This document shows, piece after piece, positions 9,501-16,163 of a stretch of 64,000 nt of DNA. The notes beneath the pieces are model-generated. The model saw only the letters and a program-made list of their open reading frames with translations. It was not told the DNA's origin and searched no databases. The stretch spans positions 80,645-144,644 of the forward strand of contig JBFWNO010000001.1 of assembly GCA_050251015.1 (NCBI GenBank), in the 5' to 3' direction. The position numbers and the translations under genes are program-made. This DNA is from Planctomycetota bacterium. Its GTDB lineage: Bacteria; Planctomycetota; JBFWNO01. Position 1 is the stretch's first letter. The number at the start of each line of letters is the position of its first letter.

Positions 9501-9778
9501 TTCTTCATCACCTGCCATGAACCCGTCTCCCCCAGGGTTCTCTTCCAAGATTCCAGGGTTTCGGCGGACTTGTCCCATGAACCGGCCTGCTGCTGGTAGA
9601 GGACGTGGTAATAGAAATAGGGTTCCGTTCCTGGAACGAGCTTCCGGAGGGTCTGCTCGCGTTGGGCGCTCATGGCGTATTCCTCGACGAATCCGATCTC
9701 CTCGGAATTGCCGGCGAGCAACGCCGGGAGGGAGATCAGGGATGTCATCAGGATCCGGCGGAAGCTGTATCGGCTCAT
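3584..9778 (-). CDS. giant secreted protein of unknown family (2,064 aa)
   Basis: Uninterrupted 6,195-nt ORF with AAGGAG 7 nt upstream of the ATG. Signal peptide MSRYSFRRILMTSLISLPALLAG/NSEE. No recognisable catalytic or adhesin-repeat motif. Confidence 0.85.
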   Translation of the reverse strand: MSRYSFRRILMTSLISLPALLAGNSEEIGFVEEYAMSAQREQTLRKLVPGTEPYFYYHVLYQQQAGSWDKSAETLESWKRTLGETGSWQVMKNRQVLGTYGDNKETALRFLTERLGLRFNHQKEQSTRPNQYPNTLPHDILDVERITERQLSSDRLSLASFSDEMLPALVKRNLTREQRINLLQRLKRPDVDGLLDLIVVDLSDPQGGVTFGARPVHNELTLTQLRDLAQRHPALMGYEGYVEAVVRRLSPTESEDPLEPSTQRQHLSRLREFSAQLGPAFSELKARILMNILLLDLAEGKADQELFVEYLNLPRYRPHLSEFAKRQAEGVRSNRYSGESCVPQPGLGEATLIREMLHRLADSRDKVGSYARYLTEDFVRACVAEGRILAGDEPSSWSDWLTPGAMEALKNSVSIHFSRENPLRFAPSETPSLKVLLKNVDRLLVRVYEINTLGYYKDTGQEIDTSINLDGLVSPSARTEKGTEGPYIQELRTFEFPEMKNRGVWIVEFIGSGIKSRVLVQKGRLRCVEGDSTAGQILRVVDEEGVLLKSARAHVGGKEYLPDDKGDILIPFAPVGKQEPLILFEGGFAALTTLERRQENFRLDLGVEVERESFLEGREGEILVRPNLWAGQRRHSLAALKSPELTINMGLIDGTTVTSVARDLVLSTAGELVHRIKVPLGLRTMEVTLSGKVERLLDDVPVNVSSSHMSTFNDIDATLSVEAPHLRLTREGAKILVTGKNGEPIAHRTLRLQVQVKGLAYTQDVHLQTDATGAVNLGGLPGVRSLVVGSDRFSGDHSFTLWESGATELPPSIHGVEGDVELPWAAGTIADESLALFSLRSNLHHENLTENLSLQDGILTLKNLAAGDYHLVSRRGQLIVRVEKGAQVGQAVVGQRRTLGLSQAHPLGLASVSPDGDDLVVRLTHASDDSRVHIIASTFATPSTVFSNLRSGFTAPSGVVEDLVGNEFSPNVPLGDEVRYILDRQSVTRYPGLMIPRPSLLLVPMELVDTQTFAQEGAGAGAYGGNRRGGRQSLERRSGGGGRGDDMGLVSAPNYNFLAQPALVLANLRPNESGEIRIPLKDFGQRTHVQVAACSREGTQYRSARLPATSIALRDRRLAVALEPGAKVVGVRELRTLKGGDNLEIADVTSSDFRMYDSLESVHSLFMSLSGNAMLGEFRFITQWNGLDATSKKDLYSKHACHELNFFIHEKDPEFFNGVVKPFLTCKKDRTFMDRWLLGEDLARYLEPFEFSRLNAVEKILLARKLGRNEITKLLRDTLDLMPPETETLDAFFEKGFASELAGDPGAPGQVSAFKKAKSHANQWMGREEMKAMRSLEEAAPAPNPANEAENGDSASMADFDNVSSMDTKDDNEAYESSRARAAVYLALKPTKAWIENNYHHLRPDQQGADLVGVDDFWLDYAASPAGIPFLSSHLDKAAGNFTEMMLALSVLGLPEKAEKHEEAGEGRRYTLKAGSPLVALVEENRPADGDSKGPQVLVGQNIYPAMERYRRENGEQVDNFVQGDLQAGKVYGCEVVITNPSSRRLTLGVLAQIPRGSLPVSGCRPTLRRTLVLEAHATVAVDLHFYFPEAGSFAQGGAQVSCRSEYSASTNGMELKVRSEAAEADKNSWDYVSQEGSTGDVVDFINDHNLMEINLDRIAFRLGDQGDYEDIIEALEKRMVYTAPLWAYAFKHDDRKRMKTYLENSTMASAVGPLFECELLSVDPLERRFRVHTEFDPLVNARTYRFGAVRKITNAAIMTQYRSFLEALAHRQVPTAADSMTLVYFLFLQDRIEEALAFFAKIPRSDGMGLQHDYMSVCASIYGGEFGKAREIAEGYKDYPVELWRTRFVEALRHLDEASGQIVEGSGNEALGNSQPLLALTSEEGKLVLTSKSLEKCRLSFHEVDLEQMFSINPFVRAASGCFSHVAARHVVETELTDGRREVEVPEALRNRPLMVEAVSGGLSSSAMFSRHDLNVQVMDRAGHLRVQTLADGKLVPAAYVKVYARLKDGRVVFHKDGNTDIRGRFDYASVSTESQGEIERFAILVEAGAKGAIVLEAAPPAR

Positions 9779-9802
9779 GAGTTCACTCCTTAACGATTCA
9801 AT

Positions 9803-9828
9803 GGGGGGGCGCAGGGAATATCCCCCCC
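9803..9828 (-). promoter_or_regulatory. G7-N12-C7 hairpin in the leader/promoter region of the giant gene
   Basis: GGGGGGG (9803-9809) and CCCCCCC (9822-9828) form a perfect 7-bp G:C stem, 25-50 nt upstream of ATG 9778. Confidence 0.4.
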
Positions 9829-9949
9829 TTCCTTACTTCTAGACGTCCAAGATGGCGGCAAGTTTCAGAATGTCTCGAATTTTACAACGGGGCGATTTTG
9901 GTGGTGCGAAAAATCGTGTTTTCGTTTATATTGCCGCGTCCTGAAGGTG

Positions 9950-10025
9950 CCCTCTTAGCTCAGTTGGTCAGAGCAGCTGACTCTTAATCAGCGGGTCCAA
10001 GGTTCGAGTCCTTGAGGGGGCACCA
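9950..10025 (+). tRNA. tRNA-Lys (anticodon CTT), CCA encoded
   Basis: Hand fold: D arm GCTC/AGTTGGTCA/GAGC; anticodon arm GCTGA-CTCTTAA-TCAGC; T arm CAAGG-TTCGAGT-CCTTG; discriminator A followed by CCA. The 3' acceptor strand appears 1 nt short (see findings). Confidence 0.85.
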
Positions 10026-10048
10026 ATTATCTTCCCGGGAAGACTCCT

Positions 10049-10939
10049 TCACCTGAGTGGGTGTGTTCGGCCCAGGATTCTGTCCTGCAGGCGTTGGTTC
10101 AGCGGGTTCCAACCATCGTAATGACCCCAGTCCACCAACTGCTCCTCCCTGAGCGGCTCGTCGGACAGATCCAACAGCTCCACTCCCCCCTCATTCAGCC
10201 TGTGGCGGACCAGGAGCAGGTTGTCCTCCACACAGGAACCTCTTGTTTCCCTGAATTCCGCAGTGACAGGAAGGATCACCACCTTCAGGGAGCCACCGCA
10301 TTGCAACTGGCCTCGGTTCCACTCGACCAGCTTGTGTAAATCGGATTCAAGGGAAGTCTCCACGCCCCTGGTGCGCATCTTCTCAATCAAGTGCTGGATC
10401 TCTCTCGACCGCTTCAGCCCGCGATCGGGAATCGACTTGCGGCCAAGGAGTGTCAGGCGCATGGATTCCTCCTCTGAACCCAAGGGCCCCGGGAGGACGC
10501 TGTGCATCGCAAGTCTCCACAATTCCCTGCGCGCTTCCAGCCATACGGCATCACCGCATGGTGTGGGCACCACAGGACCCAACAGCATCTGCGGATCGAT
10601 GAGGAAAATCCAACGGAGGCCGCCCGGGGGCATCCAGGGGTCCAGTACCAGGGGCCGCCCATAGGGGTAGTAGAGGGCCAGTCCGGTCGGGCCCAATACA
10701 GAAGGAGGAAACAAGCTGTTGCCAATGGAACTGCCGAAGATCCAGGGATCCCCTGGAGCCGCTTGATGCCGAGGGGCCTCCACACGCATGAAGGCCAGCC
10801 GATTGACGCCGTAACTCCAGTGGCGTCCCGTCGAGAGAGATCCAATGTCTTCACGCTGGAGCCACCACTCGACAGGGGCAGCCACATACACCACCACACC
10901 CAGGAGCAACGACAACAACATGGCTTGGAGCGATTTCAT
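10049..10939 (-). CDS. membrane-anchored SGNH/DltD-AlgX-like partner of the MBOAT acyltransferase
   Basis: 296 aa. Its ATG overlaps the MBOAT stop (TGATG). N-terminal TM segment MKSLQAMLLSLLLGVVVYVAA. SGNH-like block I FGSSIGNS and block V DWGH. The longer 533-aa ORF-track model is a frame shadow. Confidence 0.6.
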   Translation of the reverse strand: MKSLQAMLLSLLLGVVVYVAAPVEWWLQREDIGSLSTGRHWSYGVNRLAFMRVEAPRHQAAPGDPWIFGSSIGNSLFPPSVLGPTGLALYYPYGRPLVLDPWMPPGGLRWIFLIDPQMLLGPVVPTPCGDAVWLEARRELWRLAMHSVLPGPLGSEEESMRLTLLGRKSIPDRGLKRSREIQHLIEKMRTRGVETSLESDLHKLVEWNRGQLQCGGSLKVVILPVTAEFRETRGSCVEDNLLLVRHRLNEGGVELLDLSDEPLREEQLVDWGHYDGWNPLNQRLQDRILGRTHPLR

Positions 10940-12303
10940 CAGAAACGGAAATAGATGTGGGGGGATTCGCTGAAGAATGCCAGGATGTAAACAAGGCCGA
11001 GGGTGCAAAGCGGGTAGCGCCATCGCGGGGATGCCACCAGGCGATCCCAAATTCCCTCGCCAAAAAGTGCCGCGGCCCCGTGGCCGATAAGGGCAGCGCC
11101 CAGGAGCACCAGAACCATGACAAATTCTGGAGTGGCCACGCCTGCGCCCTGCACAGGCATCATGGCTGCCTTGATGATCTCCTGGGCTCCCGAGACACTG
11201 CCCGCCCTGAAGGGGACAAACAGCAGGGCGGCGATTTGGAAAGTCGCCAGCCGACCCAGCACCGGCATGGACAACAGCGAGGAAAAGGGGCCCCATCTTT
11301 CCGTGGCCAAAAGAATCCCGTGAAGAAGTCCCCAAAGGACAAAGGCGTTGGCGGCGCCATGCCACAACCCCCCCAGCATCATGGTGACGACCAGGGTAAG
11401 GGCCACCTTCAGTCGCGAACCCCGCGAACCCCCAAGTGGGATGTAGATGTAATCGCGGATCCACAGGGAGAGCGTGATGTGCCAACGACGCCAGAAGTCG
11501 CGGAAGCCGCGCGCCAGGTACGGCCATTGAAAATTCACGGGAAGGTTGATGCCCATCATCCGTCCCAATCCGAGGGCCATGGTGGAATAGCCGCTGAAGT
11601 CGAGAAAGATCTGCAGGGCATAGGCCCACACCACCACCCAGGCCTGCCATCCCTGATACACACCGGAATGCGCATGGGCGTCATTGACCACCAGGCCCAG
11701 CGAGTTGGCTGCGGTTTTCTTCACCGCACCCCAGAGAAAGAGGGCAATGCCGGATTCAAGGGCAAGACTTCCAAAGATGATCCTCTTCCGCAGTTGGGGC
11801 AAGAGCACCGAGCCTCGAACAATAGGGCCGGCCACCAACTGGGGAAAAAAACTGATGTAAAGAAGGAACTCGCGGAAACCCCGGCAGGGAGGCAACGCAC
11901 CTTTCCAGACGTCCACGCTGTAACTGACGATCTGAAATGTGTAAAAGCTCACCCCCACCGGAAGGATCCATGAAGGGGAATCCAGCCAGGCGTCCCATCC
12001 TGTGAGCCTGTGAAGCAGGCCCCCAAAATACGCGGCATACTTCACGGTCACCAGCACCGCAAGGCTGCCACTCACGCTCAGGGCCAGGGCGCAGCGGCTT
12101 CGGTGTGGCCCGAAGGACCCGGCCCACAGGAATGCCCAAAGGCCGCTGACCACCAAAAGGAGAACCGAGAGAGGCTCGTGCCAACCATAGGCCACCAGGC
12201 TCAACCCCAGAAGGATGTCCCTCTGCCAGGGGCCCAGTGACAGGAAGACCAGCGGCAACCCCAGAGCCAGAAGAAGGACGAACTCGGGGGAAAGAAAACC
12301 CAT
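10939..12303 (-). CDS. MBOAT family O-acyltransferase (AlgI/DltB-like)
   Basis: 454 aa, polytopic. Hallmark FWRRWHITLSLWIRDYIYIPLGGSR plus LWHGA. Confidence 0.9.
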   Translation of the reverse strand: MGFLSPEFVLLLALGLPLVFLSLGPWQRDILLGLSLVAYGWHEPLSVLLLVVSGLWAFLWAGSFGPHRSRCALALSVSGSLAVLVTVKYAAYFGGLLHRLTGWDAWLDSPSWILPVGVSFYTFQIVSYSVDVWKGALPPCRGFREFLLYISFFPQLVAGPIVRGSVLLPQLRKRIIFGSLALESGIALFLWGAVKKTAANSLGLVVNDAHAHSGVYQGWQAWVVVWAYALQIFLDFSGYSTMALGLGRMMGINLPVNFQWPYLARGFRDFWRRWHITLSLWIRDYIYIPLGGSRGSRLKVALTLVVTMMLGGLWHGAANAFVLWGLLHGILLATERWGPFSSLLSMPVLGRLATFQIAALLFVPFRAGSVSGAQEIIKAAMMPVQGAGVATPEFVMVLVLLGAALIGHGAAALFGEGIWDRLVASPRWRYPLCTLGLVYILAFFSESPHIYFRF

Positions 12304-12309
12304 GGCTCC

Positions 12310-12315
12310 AGTCTA
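12310..12315 (-). promoter_or_regulatory. candidate internal -10 box (TAGACT), 6 nt upstream of the MBOAT ATG
   Basis: The minus strand reads TAGACT-GGAGCC-ATG within the 26-nt gap after the kinase gene. Confidence 0.3.
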
Positions 12316-12329
12316 TGACGTTGGAGGCC

Positions 12330-13652
12330 TCACCCCAAGGCCCGCCTGACCCACCTCCTCCAACTTGCAAAACTCAGGTCTAGAGCTGTGTCGACCTCGG
12401 GGGGCATCAAGATTCCCAGCAAGGGGGGCAGGGAAACACCGCAGGTGACAAGAAGACCCCGCAAGGTCAGTTCCGGGTCATCCGCGACCAGGAAGCTCCG
12501 TGATATGCAGCGCCTCAAGGCCTCCCTGATATGGGCGTCGCGCGAAAGGCCTCCCGAGAGGAGAATTGACCCGTTGCCTGGGAGAGATTCCAGGATCTCC
12601 CTGACCCGGAACGCCAGGCCCTGGGCCAAAATCATCCTGAAGTCCTCACCCGTGAGCCGGGAACCACGGGGGGAAAACAGGGGGCCCACACCCGGACGCC
12701 ACCAAGGGGCACCAACGGCCCCGAAGTCGGGGAGACCAAATTCTGGCTCACTCTCGTCACCCCTTGATGATCCATCCGGGGCCTGGGTGAGACTGAAGGA
12801 GGTGGCGATTCCGTTGATTGTGCCCTCGGCCATCCAGGGAACCCGCTCCCCGCGTTTGCCCAAATGCGAGAGAAGGAGTCCCGAGCCCATCCGGGGCCTT
12901 GATGCCGTTCGTGACAGCACAAACCCCCCGGTACCCAGATTCACCAGGCAGGGTGCGGCGCGATGATCGAGTCCCAGGGCCGCAGCACTTTGGTCGGCGA
13001 GCATGGCCAGGATTTCGCCACGCTGATGCCTCCAAGGGCCTGGCCCCACACTGGGAAGAAGGGAGCGAGGCACATCAAAGAAATGAAGAAGATCCTCATC
13101 CCAATCCTCATCATCAAGATTCCACAAGGATGTCCTCTGGGCCTGGGTGGGATCCATCACATGGAGCTCACCTCCTGAAATCAGGATGGCGAAATAGGTG
13201 TCCAGGGTCCCAAACCGCAGTTCTCCATTCCCTGCACGGCGTCGGAGATCCGGCCTTTCCCCCCACAGACTGGCCAATTTGGGCCCCACATAATGCGGTG
13301 ACAACACGAGGCCTGTTCTCCGCCTCACCCAGGACTCGGCCTCCCGACGGCTGGAGCACCAGGCGGCAGCCCTGGTGTCCTGCCAGCTAACCAACGGTGT
13401 CACCGGCGCAAGTGTGGAGGCCTCCCACAGCAAAAAGCTTGAGCGCTGCGTGGCCATGGCGAGGCTCCCCTCCCACGGGCCCAATAGGCGACGGGCCCGC
13501 TTCCAGAGATCCAGGGGCTCATGGGTGACCCGTAACCCCCGACGAAAAGGGGGCGGTAGAGAATCCTGGCTCAGAGTCGGGGGAAATCCGTGTCGATGAC
13601 GAAGCGCCCGAAAGGATGTACTCCCGAGATCGAGTGCCAGCAAGCCCGTCAT
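12330..13652 (-). CDS. FGGY-family carbohydrate kinase (glycerol kinase-like)
   Basis: ALDLGSTSFRAL, GTLDTYF, NLGTGGFV and GGLSRD motifs. ATG 13652 forms an ATGA overlap with the glpD stop. Confidence 0.75.
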   Translation of the reverse strand: MTGLLALDLGSTSFRALRHRHGFPPTLSQDSLPPPFRRGLRVTHEPLDLWKRARRLLGPWEGSLAMATQRSSFLLWEASTLAPVTPLVSWQDTRAAAWCSSRREAESWVRRRTGLVLSPHYVGPKLASLWGERPDLRRRAGNGELRFGTLDTYFAILISGGELHVMDPTQAQRTSLWNLDDEDWDEDLLHFFDVPRSLLPSVGPGPWRHQRGEILAMLADQSAAALGLDHRAAPCLVNLGTGGFVLSRTASRPRMGSGLLLSHLGKRGERVPWMAEGTINGIATSFSLTQAPDGSSRGDESEPEFGLPDFGAVGAPWWRPGVGPLFSPRGSRLTGEDFRMILAQGLAFRVREILESLPGNGSILLSGGLSRDAHIREALRRCISRSFLVADDPELTLRGLLVTCGVSLPPLLGILMPPEVDTALDLSFASWRRWVRRALG

Positions 13653-15220
13653 GGGCAAAGCAGGGTCGCCACTTCACTCTCGCGGCGCGGGGTGTCCCAT
13701 CCCAGCTCCCGGCCCATCAAGGCGCTGGCTCGCTCAAGAATGTCGCGGGACAGGGGTCTCAACAGACTCAGGGGCAGGCGACGACGGAGGGCGTCCTCCA
13801 GACTGAGCGCCCGTTCATGGCGGGCGGCCATCAGCAGATCACCGAGGACATAGGGCTCGGCAGGGTGGATCCTCGCGGCCAGGCCGGAATCGTCCTTGAT
13901 GATCTGTAGGAAATGTCGGACCTTGGTGCCGTAACGAGACACGGCGATCCCCGCGGAGGCTGCGTCCAAGCCCGCCTCGGCCAATTCGGCCACCCTTTCC
14001 GCCCGCCACGGCTTCCAGGGCGCCGAAGGCGCCCAGGGAAAAGGCTGGCTGTGCGTCGAGCAGGGCCGGCAGGTGAGCCCCCCTGCCTTGACCATGGCAT
14101 CCACAGCCAGGCGAGCTTCTTCCCTCGCTGCCGTGAGCTTGCCACCTACCGTGGTGAACAGTCCCGGCTCGGGACCCAGAAGTTCCCACTCCCTGCTGAG
14201 AGAACTTTCGGATTTCTTGTCGGCCTCGCGCAGAACCCTGACCCCCGCAAAACTTCCCCTGACTTGCGAGCGTTCAAAAGGTCGGCGCAACTTTGAGCCG
14301 GCTTCCTTCAGGAGGTAGTCCACATCCTCTTCCAGCACCTCCACACTAGAGGGGTCGCCACGCCACAACGTGTCCGTGGTGCCCACAAGGGTGGAACCAT
14401 GCCAGGGGATCAGGAAGAAAATGCGGCCGTCCTGGCCCGCCATCAGGAGGGTGGCGTGATCCGTCTCAAGGGACGGCAACACCAGATGGACTCCCTTGGT
14501 TAGTCTCACTCCATCGGCGCGGCAACCTGCGCTTCCAGGTCGGGCCCAGGGTCCGGTGGCCGAGAGGGTGATCGCGGCTCGGATATCAAAGGCGTCTCCG
14601 CTCAGCCCATCCACGCATCGGGCGCCGATCACCCGCGAACCCTCGCGCAGGAAACCCGACGCCTTCACCCTGCTGGCCACAACCGCTCCGGCTTCTGCGG
14701 CGCCCAGGGCCAGTTCAAGGGTCAGCCTGGCATCATCGGTCTGGGCATCCAGGTAACTGAACCCCCCCACCAATTGATCCGGGTTGAGGTAAGGGTAGCT
14801 TGAGAGCAGTTGTTCCCTGGAATAACGCCGATAGCCCTGCCCTTTGGGGAAGCCGGCAAGGGCGTCATAAAGTGTCAGTCCCGCCATGAGCGTAAGGGAC
14901 GACACTCTGGACGTATCGTACAAGGGCAGGGCGAAACGCAGTGGTTTCACCCGGTGAGGGGCCAGCCTCATCAAGAGGGCGCGTTCCTGAAGGGAGCGGC
15001 GGACCACCCCCAGGTGGAAGTGTTCCAGATACCGGAGACCTCCATGGATGAGTTTGGAGCTGGCACTGGAGGTTCCTGAGGCGAAGTCGCTCTGTTCCAC
15101 GAGGGCCGTCCTCAGGCCACGCTTCGCGGCATCCAGCGCTGTCCAGGCTCCGGAAATGCCACCCCCGATAATCAGCAGGTCGAAAGACCCCTCAAGCTCC
15201 TTAAGCTCGGATCGCATCAA
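13649..15220 (-). CDS. glpD: FAD-dependent glycerol-3-phosphate dehydrogenase
   Basis: DLLIIGGGISGAWTALDAAKRG...ASGTSSASSKLIHGGLRYLE; 523 aa. Confidence 0.9.
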   Translation of the reverse strand: MMRSELKELEGSFDLLIIGGGISGAWTALDAAKRGLRTALVEQSDFASGTSSASSKLIHGGLRYLEHFHLGVVRRSLQERALLMRLAPHRVKPLRFALPLYDTSRVSSLTLMAGLTLYDALAGFPKGQGYRRYSREQLLSSYPYLNPDQLVGGFSYLDAQTDDARLTLELALGAAEAGAVVASRVKASGFLREGSRVIGARCVDGLSGDAFDIRAAITLSATGPWARPGSAGCRADGVRLTKGVHLVLPSLETDHATLLMAGQDGRIFFLIPWHGSTLVGTTDTLWRGDPSSVEVLEEDVDYLLKEAGSKLRRPFERSQVRGSFAGVRVLREADKKSESSLSREWELLGPEPGLFTTVGGKLTAAREEARLAVDAMVKAGGLTCRPCSTHSQPFPWAPSAPWKPWRAERVAELAEAGLDAASAGIAVSRYGTKVRHFLQIIKDDSGLAARIHPAEPYVLGDLLMAARHERALSLEDALRRRLPLSLLRPLSRDILERASALMGRELGWDTPRRESEVATLLCP

Positions 15221-16008
15221 ATCCCTCCCCCTCTTGGGGGGAGGGTCTGGGCGGGGGGCTCAACAAGTGGCAACTTCTCCACCAGCCACTGCACTCTGTC
15301 ACTCATCACGGCCTGGGCCCCAAATTGAAGCGCTGTTTCAAGTTGGGCCTCACGGTTGACCGTCCAGCACCAGAGGGGCACCCCGGCCTCGCCGGCAAGA
15401 TCGGCCACCCTTTGATCAAGAATGTCCACGTCTGTGCTCAGGGCCGCAAGGCGGGGCAGAAGATTCATGAGGGCGTTCAGAGTCTTTGAGTCTTTGGGGT
15501 ACTCCTCGATATTGAGCACGATCCGGTGCTCCTCCTCTTCCTGCGCGCCCTCAAGGGCCTCAGAGTGGAAACTCAGGAACCATGTGCTCAGTTCCAGCTT
15601 TTCTCGCCTCACGGCGCGAGCAGCCACTCTCCCAAGCTCCCTGAGGCGGGGATCGCCACGACCCTTGATCTCCAGGAGGATCTGGGTTTTTCTTCCATAG
15701 GCACCAAGGAGCTCGTCGAGGGTCAGGGGCTTCTCGCTACGGAACTTGGGGCTGAACCACGAGCCCGCATCCAGCGACTTCCAAGTGGGGCCATCCACTT
15801 CCCGCACCTTCCTGTCTTTGAGACCAAACTTGTCGAGCGTCTTGTCGTGGTAGATAGCGATCACCCCATCAGAGGTCATCTGCAAATCCGTCTCGAAGCC
15901 GTCCACGCCCGTCGATAGGGCCGCGTCAAAAGCGGCGCGGGTGTTCTCCGGAAATTGCTCACTGAAGCCCCGATGGGCAATGCGCAGAATGGCGGGTCGC
16001 TCTCTCAT
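15217..16008 (-). CDS. glycerophosphodiester phosphodiesterase
   Basis: IAHRGFSEQFPENT and GFETDLQMTSDGVIAIYHDKTLD (GDPD motifs). ATGA overlap with glpD. Confidence 0.9.
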   Translation of the reverse strand: MRERPAILRIAHRGFSEQFPENTRAAFDAALSTGVDGFETDLQMTSDGVIAIYHDKTLDKFGLKDRKVREVDGPTWKSLDAGSWFSPKFRSEKPLTLDELLGAYGRKTQILLEIKGRGDPRLRELGRVAARAVRREKLELSTWFLSFHSEALEGAQEEEEHRIVLNIEEYPKDSKTLNALMNLLPRLAALSTDVDILDQRVADLAGEAGVPLWCWTVNREAQLETALQFGAQAVMSDRVQWLVEKLPLVEPPAQTLPPRGGGI

Positions 16009-16010
16009 GA

Positions 16011-16163
16011 CTACAGGTTCTCTTCGATCCAGATCTCGACGGAACGAAAAAACCCTGAGGGATCCTTGATGGTGTAGAAGAACATCACCGACAGGATCAC
16101 CAGCACAAGAAGTGCCGCAAAGGAAAAAATCAATACCTTGGCCGGGGATTCCTCAGGAAGCAT
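16011..16163 (-). CDS. 50-aa single-pass membrane micro-protein (absent from the ORF track)
   Basis: MLPEESPAKVLIFSFAALLVLVILSVMFFYTIKDPSGFFRSVEIWIEENL. The ATG directly abuts the nadA stop and the stop lies 2 nt before the phosphodiesterase ATG. Confidence 0.55.
   Translation of the reverse strand: MLPEESPAKVLIFSFAALLVLVILSVMFFYTIKDPSGFFRSVEIWIEENL

Noticed and set aside
3584-9778. Giant protein as an alpha-2-macroglobulin/YfaS-type or RTX/adhesin protein
   Set aside because: No CxEQ thioester motif, no GGxGxD nonapeptides, no tandem Ig/cadherin repeats and no secretion-system-specific C-terminus were found in the translation, so it is left unclassified.
9779-10048. tRNA-Lys as an integration hotspot or genomic island border next to the giant gene
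   Set aside because: No integrase or recombinase ORF, no direct repeat of the tRNA 3' end, and no obvious compositional shift across the tRNA by eye.
10049-11650. 533-aa ORF that looks like one large gene
   Set aside because: Its N-terminal ~235 aa run through the MBOAT gene (10939-12303) in another frame and are Pro/Gly/Arg-rich, typical of GC-rich shadow ORFs. The real gene starts at ATG 10939 (MKSLQAML), coupled to the MBOAT stop.
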